From a candidate division LCP-89 bacterium (GTDB lineage: Bacteria; Electryoneota; B3-LCP): DNA of 64,000 nt. Made by a program: the position numbers and the translations under genes. This document shows positions 56,807-64,000 of this stretch, piece by piece; the stretch's first letter is position 1, and every line of letters starts with the position of its first letter. The notes beneath the pieces are model-generated. The model ran no database searches and was not told the DNA's origin. It saw only the letters and a program-made list of their open reading frames with translations. Location of the stretch: contig JALGVT010000003.1 in assembly GCA_025774555.1 (NCBI GenBank), positions 72,654-136,653 on the forward strand, read 5' to 3'.

Positions 56807-57871
56807 TTAATTTCCAGTTATCCCCTGCAAGGATATATTCCCCCGGTAACTGCCGGCTACGTCCGCCATGGTGATATCGATGTTGAAACGGAGAATAATC
56901 TCTTCGTTAGGCCTGCAGTGCCGTGAACCACTCCTGGCTACTTCGTTGCTGCTGCCCAGGTTGCCGCTATCCAGCACGTCGCCAGAGGGGCTGACCTGCG
57001 TCCAATGTATTCTGTCTGCTGGTATCTCACCGCGCTCGCTCGTGAGATTGCTTGTATTCGCCAACACTCTCCACTTGCGCGAATTTGTGATGACCTTAAA
57101 GCGGACTTCCTGCTGTGCCTGATAGGTTCCTTCCGGACCATCACCCTGGAAATCCAACTCCCCACCGCACAAGAAAGCTATCTCCATGATTTCGGGGATT
57201 GTGAGGGCGACATGTACCTGGCCAGGAAGTCCCTGAAAGGGCGTTCCTGCACCCGGTGTTGGTGTGAAGTGTTGACTCGGACTTGGATCAAGACCTTCAC
57301 CTTTACGATTAGAAGAGGTCTTTCTTGCAGAAAATTTTGATGTATGTGTTTTTATTTTTGGCCCTGAAGGCGTCAGAACCAGGGTGCCATGATATTCACC
57401 CGGCGGGTCCTGCCAGGTGGGACGAACTTCTATTGCAATCTCAGTATCCTTAACAGGCATTCCAAGGTTGCCGATCACGACTGGTATGGGTTTGGTTAAA
57501 GGTGTGAAAGCACCGCCGGTCTCTTCAGTTTTTATCCATAAGCGGTCAGGCGGGAGAGCGCCTTCCGGTCCCTCCAGATTAGTTGGGACAATAGTAGCAC
57601 TCCATTCAGGCAGATAGGATTGTACTCTCAGTTTGAGAATGCCGCTGCTGATCCAGGGAGCATGTTCATAACCCCCTTGAGGTCCAAATTCCAAGCGAAC
57701 CTGATCGCTCTCGGGGATGATCTGAATGAAACCATTTTTGAGCACGGGTGACGCGGGAGAAATTTCCTGTCCATACGCGTCATTACGGGTAGCAAGGAGG
57801 AGCGCCAAAATCAACAGCAGCCCGCATATGGTGTAGATCACTAATCTTTTCGTGATCTTGATTCTTTCCAT
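56807..57871 (-). CDS. Hypothetical secreted 354-aa protein
   Basis: N-terminal transmembrane/signal segment (LVIYTICGLLLILALLLATRNDAYGQ); Pro/Gly-rich middle section; no recognisable motif. Confidence 0.5.
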   Translation of the reverse strand: MERIKITKRLVIYTICGLLLILALLLATRNDAYGQEISPASPVLKNGFIQIIPESDQVRLEFGPQGGYEHAPWISSGILKLRVQSYLPEWSATIVPTNLEGPEGALPPDRLWIKTEETGGAFTPLTKPIPVVIGNLGMPVKDTEIAIEVRPTWQDPPGEYHGTLVLTPSGPKIKTHTSKFSARKTSSNRKGEGLDPSPSQHFTPTPGAGTPFQGLPGQVHVALTIPEIMEIAFLCGGELDFQGDGPEGTYQAQQEVRFKVITNSRKWRVLANTSNLTSERGEIPADRIHWTQVSPSGDVLDSGNLGSSNEVARSGSRHCRPNEEIILRFNIDITMADVAGSYRGNISLQGITGN

Positions 57872-58900
57872 GGCTGATTTCCTCCAACCTTTTATGGAGC
57901 AGATGATGGAAAAATACTGTTCTGCAAAATTCTGCGGATTGAATAAGCAGATCCCCGAGAATAAGTCAAGGAATGGTAGTTTTAACTTGATTTCTACAGT
58001 TTAAATTTGTATATTAAAGAGAGTTTGCCCCGTCCCTAATGCTAGGGGTGAATCTCTTGAGCCGGTTTCAGAGGTGCTCCTACACACGCTCTCTTGGAAT
58101 CGGCTCTCCTGTTTTACTCAATTAGATAACGCTTATTAAATATGTTCCTCTACTCACATCCCAATAAGTAGATTTAGAATTAATTCATCCTATACAAGAA
58201 ATCGCCCTGAAAAGAAAAGCCCTCTTGCGAAGTGCAGAAAGATTCCACACTCGAGAGAGGGCAAAGCAATTCTAAGAGTAGCTTTCTAATGACTAACGAA
58301 AACAAACTTTGAGATTTATAAGGCGTAGTTTTAAGATTCATAACAATTTCCTGAAGTAATTCCTTTCACCTGGATATTGAAGCGCCTTACACCCGATATA
58401 TAAAAAAGCAAAAAAGACACAAACGTATCCGCCGAATCAGTGCCACGGATCTGTTTATGCCTTCGACTTACTGGCCCATACGTCCAATCCGACAAGGCGG
58501 CTTGCCCTGAAATATGCAAGCCTTCCCAAAATCAGGGATATACAATATACAAAACTATTTTGGAGAAGTCAAGCATTTTTTTTAAAAACATAAATAATTT
58601 TTCATTTGTCATTATAGGCAGCATTCATAATTCGATAAATTGACATAATATCATGATATTCCCGAACTTCTTCTTGCGAGAATCAAATTCATTTCTTATT
58701 GTTTTACATTCCATTTGAGATTGAACATACAGGACAAGAATAAGACAAAAACCCAGTTGTTTGAAGAAGTCTTATCCAGCGCATGTTAGAGCCTGCACTA
58801 ATCCCTGAAAACAAGACATTTATAAAGGAGCTTTCAACAGAGGTGTTCCTTTTGACCGTGAAGCCAAGTTTATACGTATGAAGGAAGATCACAAACGTAA

Positions 58901-58947
58901 CGGACTCATAATCCGTCGGTCGTAGGTTCGAGTCCTACTGGGCCCAC
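58901..58947 (+). pseudogene. 3' fragment of a tRNA-Met/Ile2 (CAT anticodon) gene: anticodon arm, variable loop, T-arm and 3' acceptor strand only
   Basis: ACGGA-CTCATAA-TCCGT anticodon arm (loop C-U-CAU-A-A), CGGTC variable region, GTAGG-TTCGAGT-CCTAC T-arm, TGGGCCC acceptor 3' strand plus discriminator A. The 26 nt upstream (ACGTATGAAGGAAGATCACAAACGTA) cannot form the matching 5' acceptor strand (GGGCCCA) or a D-arm. Confidence 0.55.
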
Positions 58948-58979
58948 AGTAAATAGACGATATTGTCATTACAAAAATA

Positions 58980-59019
58980 ACAGGAACCTGTAAGCTGCAC
59001 AGGTTCCTGTTATTTTCTA
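58980..59019. terminator. Bidirectional rho-independent terminator (13-bp perfect stem) ending the minus-strand NifX-like/ATPase operon
   Basis: AACAGGAACCTGT / ACAGGTTCCTGTT with loop AAGCTGC; flanked by AAAAAT and ATTTTCT; 22 nt after the stop of the gene at 59042. Confidence 0.7.
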
Positions 59020-59041
59020 TGCTATCATATATAAGCAAGCG

Positions 59042-59956
59042 TCACAATGCTTCGATTTTTTCCTCCAGTTGGTTCCAAAGCTGCTTAATGTCTTCGGCAA
59101 CTCCGTTGTTTGAATATTCCACTACGCTGATTCCCGCAATCTGCGCTTTTGTGAAGGCGCTATCGTAACGAATTTTGCCGATAACTTTCACTCCGTCAGC
59201 TAAAGCTTCATTTTCGATTTCGTTTGATATTTCCTGGTTTAAATCGCATTTGTTAATGCAGACGACCATGGGGATACTGAAGTGGCGCGTTAATTCGGCG
59301 ATACGCTTCAAATCATGCCGCCCGGCGACCGTTGGTTCGGTAACGGCTAGAACGAGATCAGCTCCAGTAAGGGAAGCTATGACGGGACAACCCACTCCCG
59401 GTGAACCATCGATGAAAAGATAGTCGATACCGGTCTCCTCGGCTAATTTCTTCGCCTCGTTTCGCACCAGAGTTACCAGTTTTCCAGAATTTTCTTCAGC
59501 TATCCCCAGACGGGCGTGAGCCATAGGTCCGAAGTGGGTATCTGAGCTGAACAGTTCTCCACAAATCGGAGTTTCCATCTCGATAGCTTTCTCGGGACAG
59601 AAAAAGGAGCATACTCCGCACCCCTCGCAGGCAATTTTATCTATTTCGTATTCGCAGTTGTTCGCTTCGATAGCGGGATCAAGCTTTTTTACGGCGTCAA
59701 AGCGGCACAGGTCATAGCATATTCCGCATGACGTGCATATTTCGGGATCTATCTTTGCCTTGTATCCAGCGCGAAAATCCTCATGATGGAGGATTTTCGG
59801 CTTCATAATGAGGTGTAAATCAGCCGCGTCCACATCGCAGTCAGCCACCACAGCATTATGCGCTAAAGCAGCAAGCGAAGCTACGATGCTGGTTTTTCCG
59901 GTGCCTCCTTTGCCGCTGATGATAACTATTTCTTTCATTTTACTGTTTTGCAGCAT
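59042..59956 (-). CDS. MinD/ParA-superfamily P-loop ATPase with inserted 2x[4Fe-4S] ferredoxin module (COG1149-type)
   Basis: Deviant Walker A ISGKGGTGKTS; two CxxCxxCxxxC(P) motifs (CTSCGICYDLC and CEGCGVCSFFCP) inserted in the ATPase fold. Confidence 0.8.
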   Translation of the reverse strand: MLQNSKMKEIVIISGKGGTGKTSIVASLAALAHNAVVADCDVDAADLHLIMKPKILHHEDFRAGYKAKIDPEICTSCGICYDLCRFDAVKKLDPAIEANNCEYEIDKIACEGCGVCSFFCPEKAIEMETPICGELFSSDTHFGPMAHARLGIAEENSGKLVTLVRNEAKKLAEETGIDYLFIDGSPGVGCPVIASLTGADLVLAVTEPTVAGRHDLKRIAELTRHFSIPMVVCINKCDLNQEISNEIENEALADGVKVIGKIRYDSAFTKAQIAGISVVEYSNNGVAEDIKQLWNQLEEKIEAL

Positions 59957-60294
59957 TAATGATCACAGACATTATTACCTGCCTCGAGATTACCATCGAT
60001 GTATGCTTTTGCAACATTTTCAGGGTAGTCCGGAAAGGCTCCCACTACAACTTCGATGCCATATCCCCGAAAGAAGTTCTGCGCCATTTGTCCCATACCT
60101 CCTGAGATGATGGTGGTAGCACCTTGTTCGCTGAGCCAGCGGGGAAGCACCCCCGGTTCATGAACAGGTGGGGTTAGGGTCTCATTGGACACAATATCGT
60201 TGTTTTCGGGATCAACGCTAATCAATGCGAAATGTTGACAGTGGCCGAAATGAGCACACAGCTTTCCATCTGCAACCGGTATGGCGATTTTCAT
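59956..60294 (-). CDS. NifX/NafY/NifB-C-terminal-like dinitrogenase FeMo-cofactor-binding family protein (small)
   Basis: MKIAIPVADGKLCAHFGHCQHFALISVD... family pattern. A GAGGA ribosome-binding site precedes the ATG at 60294; the longer ORF to 60324 has a weak site. Its stop overlaps the next start. Confidence 0.75.
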   Translation of the reverse strand: MKIAIPVADGKLCAHFGHCQHFALISVDPENNDIVSNETLTPPVHEPGVLPRWLSEQGATTIISGGMGQMAQNFFRGYGIEVVVGAFPDYPENVAKAYIDGNLEAGNNVCDH

Positions 60295-60377
60295 TCTCTT
60301 TTCCTCTGTTTTAGTTAAATTCATTTTACTTTCAATTTGATTCTCGATAAATGAATGGATTGTTCGATTCTATTTAA

Positions 60378-61247
60378 TTATCGTATAGTCTCTTCTTGTA
60401 TTGGCTTGAATCTCATTTTGATAGAGTCCACCAAGCGCTTGAATAACAGTTCGTATTGCGGCAGTGCGTCTACTAGAAGCTCCCCTCGTGAGTAACTTTC
60501 CGCAATCTTACGGTCATCAGGAATTTCGGCGATCAGATCAATATCTTCTTTCCGGCAGTAATCGTGTACCCGGTCGTCGCCTGAACCAGCGCGGTTCAGA
60601 AGAACAGAATATCGTAAATTCAGTTTCCTAACCATTTCGACAGCCAATTTCAAGTCATTCAATCCAAAAGGAGTCGGCTCGGTAACTAAGAGGACATAAT
60701 CTGAATCTTTTACCACCTCAACAACAGGACATGAGGTCCCGGGTGGAGCGTCGATGACTGCATGCTCATTTGCTGGAATGGCACGCTTTACTTCACGAAT
60801 GAGAGGAGGGGACATAGCTTCGCCGATGCGCAGTTTCCCACTGACGAAATTAAGATCGCCGGCGCTGCCGGTCTCTACAATCCCAATATTACGAGGGATT
60901 TCCTTTATGGCTTTAGGTTCACAAACCAAACTGCATCCACCGCAGCTATGGCATAATTCCGGGAAAGTAAGCGGCTTACCAGCTAAGACCACAATAGCGC
61001 TGAAATTGCAGATTTCTCCGCACTTGCCGCAGCCGTCGCATAAATCAAAATTCACCTCGGGGACCAGCGCTCCAATTTGTTCTGTTTTTTCTATCGAGGG
61101 CTTAAGGAAAAGGTGACCATTCGGTTCTTCGACGTCGCAATCTGCATAGGTTACCTTTTCCTCCAAGCGCGACCAGGCGACGGCTAAGTTAGCGGAAACA
61201 GTAGTCTTACCAGTCCCGCCTTTTCCACTGGCGATGGCAACTCTCAT
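60378..61247 (-). CDS. Second MinD/ParA-superfamily ATPase with ferredoxin insertion (COG1149-type)
   Basis: IASGKGGTGKTT P-loop; CDGCGKCGEIC and CHSCGGCSLVCEP 4Fe-4S motifs. Confidence 0.8.
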   Translation of the reverse strand: MRVAIASGKGGTGKTTVSANLAVAWSRLEEKVTYADCDVEEPNGHLFLKPSIEKTEQIGALVPEVNFDLCDGCGKCGEICNFSAIVVLAGKPLTFPELCHSCGGCSLVCEPKAIKEIPRNIGIVETGSAGDLNFVSGKLRIGEAMSPPLIREVKRAIPANEHAVIDAPPGTSCPVVEVVKDSDYVLLVTEPTPFGLNDLKLAVEMVRKLNLRYSVLLNRAGSGDDRVHDYCRKEDIDLIAEIPDDRKIAESYSRGELLVDALPQYELLFKRLVDSIKMRFKPIQEETIR

Positions 61248-61289
61248 TATAGTAATATAATCCTTCGGTAAATCGGCTTTCTATAAGGC

Positions 61290-61544
61290 TCAACCCTGTC
61301 GGGTTAGAGTAGTGCCACATGAGGCACACTGCATTGCGTTGCATGGCGTGCCACTTTGGTGTGGAACGACGGCGCCACATTTAGGGCAGATACAATTACC
61401 GCCCTGACCAAGACCTCTGCCGCCGCCCATACCACGACCACCACTCTGACCACCTCCTCTACCAGAGCCCATGCCGCCACCTTGACCGGCGCCGCGACCA
61501 CCACCTTGACCGCCTGCTTTATTACCTCCACCACCCTGAGGCAT
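61290..61544 (-). CDS. Small Gly/Arg-rich protein with C-terminal Cys-rich zinc-ribbon-like motif
   Basis: MPQGGGGNKAGGQGGGRGAGQGGGMGSGRGGG... low-complexity N-terminus, then CICPKCG...CNAMQCASCG. Lies within the minus-strand operon; the plus-strand ORF over the same DNA is low-complexity nonsense. Confidence 0.5.
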   Translation of the reverse strand: MPQGGGGNKAGGQGGGRGAGQGGGMGSGRGGGQSGGRGMGGGRGLGQGGNCICPKCGAVVPHQSGTPCNAMQCASCGTTLTRQG

Positions 61545-61640
61545 AATGTTCTTCCTTTCTTGCGAGTTTTATACAATCTCTTTGTTTTTACGAGTTCAGC
61601 GTTGAAGAAAAGTTGGATACTTTCTTCATGTATTTACTAA

Positions 61641-62039
61641 CTATTTCTTTTCTGTAGATGCTTTCAGTTCGTCTATGCGTTTGTTAATTTCGCTCATAGC
61701 ACTTTTTAAGCTGTCTGCCTGAGCTTTCAGTCCTTCGATCTCCTGATCTTTGGTCATTGGCGCCATTGGAAGCGCTGCCCCATACCCCTGATAATAATCC
61801 GGGTAAGCAGCTCCGTAGTAACCGTAACCTGGTCCACGTCCGCCACCCCAGGCTCTGCCTCGTCCACCACCCCAGGGCTGACCGCCGCGGCCTGCGCCGC
61901 GATTACCAAAACCATAACCATAACCACTGCCTGGTACGTTATTCATGTATCCGGGAACATCGTATCCGGCGCAATAACCGGCTCTTCGTCCAGTCATCGG
62001 TCCTGCGCCCTGAGGACCTGTTCTATCTCCACGTGGCAT
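61641..62039 (-). CDS. Gly/Tyr/Arg-rich protein with C-terminal coiled coil (resembles the uncharacterized Gly-rich proteins found in NifX-like/Mrp-like clusters of anaerobes)
   Basis: MPRGDRTGPQGAGPMTGRRAGYCAGY...GGGRGRAWGGGRGPGYGYYG... then QEIEGLKAQADSLKSAMSEINKRIDELKASTEKK. Confidence 0.5.
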   Translation of the reverse strand: MPRGDRTGPQGAGPMTGRRAGYCAGYDVPGYMNNVPGSGYGYGFGNRGAGRGGQPWGGGRGRAWGGGRGPGYGYYGAAYPDYYQGYGAALPMAPMTKDQEIEGLKAQADSLKSAMSEINKRIDELKASTEKK

Positions 62040-62078
62040 TTTGTTCTCCTTTCACGTTTATTGCTGTTTACTATTATT

Positions 62079-62438
62079 CTACCAATGACTTGCCACATCT
62101 GCCGAAGAAGCGAATTGATATTCGCCCTTCTTAAATTTATCAATAGCTGTTTTTACCGAACCCTCAACACCGTGAACGATTTTTACTCCTGCGGAAGTTA
62201 ACGCTCGAAAAGCTTTCGGTCCACAATGACCTGTGAGCAGAACTTCGGCTTCATTTTTAACAATCGCTTCAGCCGATTGAATTCCCGCTCCGCTTGCCGC
62301 CTGTAAATTTTGATCATTGTCTATGGGGAGTATCTCTTCCGTTTCGGTATCAACAAGCAAGAAATATTGCGCGCGCCCGAAGCGAGGATCAACTTCTGAT
62401 TCCAGATTAGTTCCAGTAGCGGTTATAATAATTTTCAT
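62079..62438 (-). CDS. NifX/NafY-like FeMo-cofactor-binding family protein
   Basis: MKIIITATGTNLESEVDPRFGRAQYFLLVDTE...LLTGHCGPKAFRAL...VKIV pattern of the PF02579-type family. Confidence 0.75.
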   Translation of the reverse strand: MKIIITATGTNLESEVDPRFGRAQYFLLVDTETEEILPIDNDQNLQAASGAGIQSAEAIVKNEAEVLLTGHCGPKAFRALTSAGVKIVHGVEGSVKTAIDKFKKGEYQFASSADVASHW

Positions 62439-62461
62439 TGTTATACCTCGTTTATTTAGAT

Positions 62462-62845
62462 TTAACTTGTTCTATTTCCGCGTCTGCGGCGATATCCTCT
62501 GCCTTGACCGCAACAACCCGGCATTCTGTAACAAGGCTCTGAAAGGCGATCCGCGATAAATGCCTTTAATACGTCCTCTACGTCGCCAATCAGCCAGGGA
62601 TGAACCTTAATTTTTTGATTAACTAAAAGGTTCATGAACATATCTGATACGGCGCCGCATAACACGTCATCAACACCGTTTCTTTTCAACGATATCGCGC
62701 GTTCTGAAATAGGATCGCGTTCAATCGGCAACTTTAGACGGTTAATTTCACTTTGCTGGTCGAAATCCACCAGAAGTATTTCTCTGGCTACGTCCAACAC
62801 AGGTGAAATTCTATTACCCCACACGGGGATTGCTATGCGCATCAT
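62462..62845 (-). CDS. NifX/NafY-like family protein with Cys-rich, Arg-rich C-terminal tail
   Basis: MMRIAIPVWGNRISPVLDVAREILLVDFD... family pattern; tail CYRMPGCCGQGRGYRRRRGNRTS. Confidence 0.7.
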   Translation of the reverse strand: MMRIAIPVWGNRISPVLDVAREILLVDFDQQSEINRLKLPIERDPISERAISLKRNGVDDVLCGAVSDMFMNLLVNQKIKVHPWLIGDVEDVLKAFIADRLSEPCYRMPGCCGQGRGYRRRRGNRTS

Positions 62846-62872
62846 TCATGCCCTTATCTTACCATGAATATG

Positions 62873-62888
62873 TGCAATCATCGTGCCG
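62873..62888 (-). promoter_or_regulatory. Sigma-54 (-24/-12) promoter GGCAC-N5-TTGCA for the NifX-like/ATPase operon
   Basis: Plus strand reads TGCAATCATCGTGCCG; the minus strand therefore reads CGGCACGATGATTGCA, matching TGGCAC-N5-TTGCA. It lies about 30 nt upstream of the ATG at 62845, with an AAGGG ribosome-binding site between them. Confidence 0.6.
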
Positions 62889-63032
62889 ATAGGGATAAAA
62901 TGATATAAGTTGTTTTTATTATATTATTAATTAACAATTTAAGAAAACAGGCGAGGTGTGTATATTTTTAGAGGGGCGTATTACAGTATCAGTAATGCAA
63001 CTATAGATCAGAATAACGTCGCAGCAACGCTA

Positions 63033-64000
63033 CTATTTATGATGCCTGCTATTCCTGCCATCCATATCGGGAAGGGTGATGTTCAGTTTGTGGATTTTTC
63101 GGTAGAGAGTAGTTTTGTGTATGCCCAGTTCTTTTGCGACTGCGGTGCGATTCCAGTTGTTTCGTTCCAGAGCAGTTGTTAAGAACTGCGCTTCCAATTC
63201 TTCCATAGTCTCTGCGGTAGATGCGGAGGCGGTTTTACTGGCTAAGAGTCCATCAGGAAGATGCTGGGCAAGAATGATTCCTCCGCTGCAAAGCACGAAA
63301 GCGTGCTCGAGGACGTTCTCCAGTTCCCTTATATTCCCGGGATAATCATGGTTCATTACAATTTTTAGCACATCAGGGGAGACGCCGTTGATATCCTTGC
63401 CATGAATCTGGTTGAGTTTTCCAATGAAATGTTCAATCAAGAGTGGAATATCCTCCTTACGGTCACGCAAAGGCGGCAGTATCATATGGATAATATTGAT
63501 TCTGTAAAATAAATCGCGCCGAAATGATCCTTTCTCCACAAGCTCGGCGAGATTCTGGTTTGTGGCGGCTATTATGCGCACGTCAACTTTAACAGTTTCC
63601 ACGTCGCCTAAAGGTTCGAAAGTTCTTTCCTGTAATACGCGTAACAGCCGAACTTGTAGGGCGGAAGAAACGTCTCCTATCTCATCCAAGAATAAGGTCC
63701 CGCCGTCAGCTAATTGGAAGCGTCCCGGTTTGTCTTTCCTGGCGTCGGTAAAAGCGCCTGCTTTATAGCCAAACAGTTCGGATTCGAGAAGCGTGTCTGG
63801 AAGAGCGCCGCAATTTACTGTAATCAGCCGTTTATTTTTTCGAGAGCTTAGATTGTGGATAGCTCGAGCGATCAGCTCTTTGCCCGTTCCACTTTCTCCT
63901 TCAATTAAAACAGTACTATCACTGAGGGATATTGTAGGCAGAATCTCGAATATTTTCTGCATTGCAGGGCTTTTACTGACGATGTCCTCAAATGAGTAGC
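63033..64000 (-). CDS. Sigma-54-dependent transcriptional activator (AAA+ sigma-54 interaction domain plus Fis-type helix-turn-helix), 5'-partial at the window edge
   Basis: GESGTGKE Walker A, ESELFGY, GAFTDA, and C-terminal TAVAKELGIHKTTLYRKI. The frame continues upstream past 63962 (...YSFEDIVSKSPAMQKIFEIL...) to the window end. Confidence 0.85.
   Translation of the reverse strand, partial: YSFEDIVSKSPAMQKIFEILPTISLSDSTVLIEGESGTGKELIARAIHNLSSRKNKRLITVNCGALPDTLLESELFGYKAGAFTDARKDKPGRFQLADGGTLFLDEIGDVSSALQVRLLRVLQERTFEPLGDVETVKVDVRIIAATNQNLAELVEKGSFRRDLFYRINIIHMILPPLRDRKEDIPLLIEHFIGKLNQIHGKDINGVSPDVLKIVMNHDYPGNIRELENVLEHAFVLCSGGIILAQHLPDGLLASKTASASTAETMEELEAQFLTTALERNNWNRTAVAKELGIHKTTLYRKIHKLNITLPDMDGRNSRHHK

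Noticed and set aside
57872-58900. CRISPR array or tmRNA/RNase P/SRP RNA in the long non-coding stretch
   Set aside because: No direct repeats with regular spacing were seen, and there are no recognisable tmRNA, RNase P or SRP conserved motifs. The tRNA-like piece has an anticodon arm, so it is a tRNA rather than a tmRNA 3' end.
58851-58949. Possibility that a complete tRNA-Met is present
   Set aside because: The sequence upstream of the anticodon arm cannot pair with the TGGGCCC acceptor strand (GGGCCCA would be needed) and has no D-arm. No GGGCCCA occurs in the vicinity. It is a fragment only.
61356-62134. Plus-strand ORFs (94 and 125 aa) overlapping the Gly-rich genes
   Set aside because: The translations are Thr/Ala/His-rich nonsense produced by GC-rich repeats. 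The minus-strand frames sit in an operon, start with M-P-x-G like each other, and carry Cys4 or coiled-coil motifs.

Overview
This 64-kb window appears to come from an anaerobic FCB-group-like bacterium. Supporting signs are a fused lpxC-fabZ gene, T9SS C-terminal sorting domains, frequent TTG/GTG start codons and roughly 50% GC. Positions 1 to 43.3 kb are a dense plus-strand run of housekeeping genes. These include the glmS 3' end, larE-like, pgeF, uppP, holA, an ECF sigma/anti-sigma pair, deoB, rdgB, cysteine desulfurase with mnmA, panBC, a GlmU-N-terminal-like nucleotidyltransferase, rsfS, argS, a PfkB kinase with an eIF2B-family (MtnA-like) isomerase, uppS, tamB-like with bamA-skp-lpxD-lpxC/fabZ-lpxA, dxr-rseP, and GT2/GT4 glycosyltransferases. 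The run ends with tRNA-Pro(GGG). From 43.6 kb to the end every gene is on the minus strand and looks accessory. This block holds two T9SS-sorted surface proteins and a 1208-aa GH5 mannanase-like enzyme in which a second complete GH5 barrel appears to be inserted inside the first. It also holds a lipoprotein/TPR-secretin locus with three secreted proteins and an atypical Asp-to-Glu receiver, and a roughly 1-kb AT-rich ORF-free stretch carrying a 3' tRNA-Met fragment. The last element is a sigma-54-promoted cluster of three NifX-like, two MinD-like ferredoxin-insert ATPase (COG1149-type) and two Gly-rich small proteins next to a sigma-54 activator that is truncated by the window end. Other notable items are an orphan tandem pair of EutN/CcmL (microcompartment vertex) genes at 10.5-11.1 kb and an rsfS gene with no canonical start codon.
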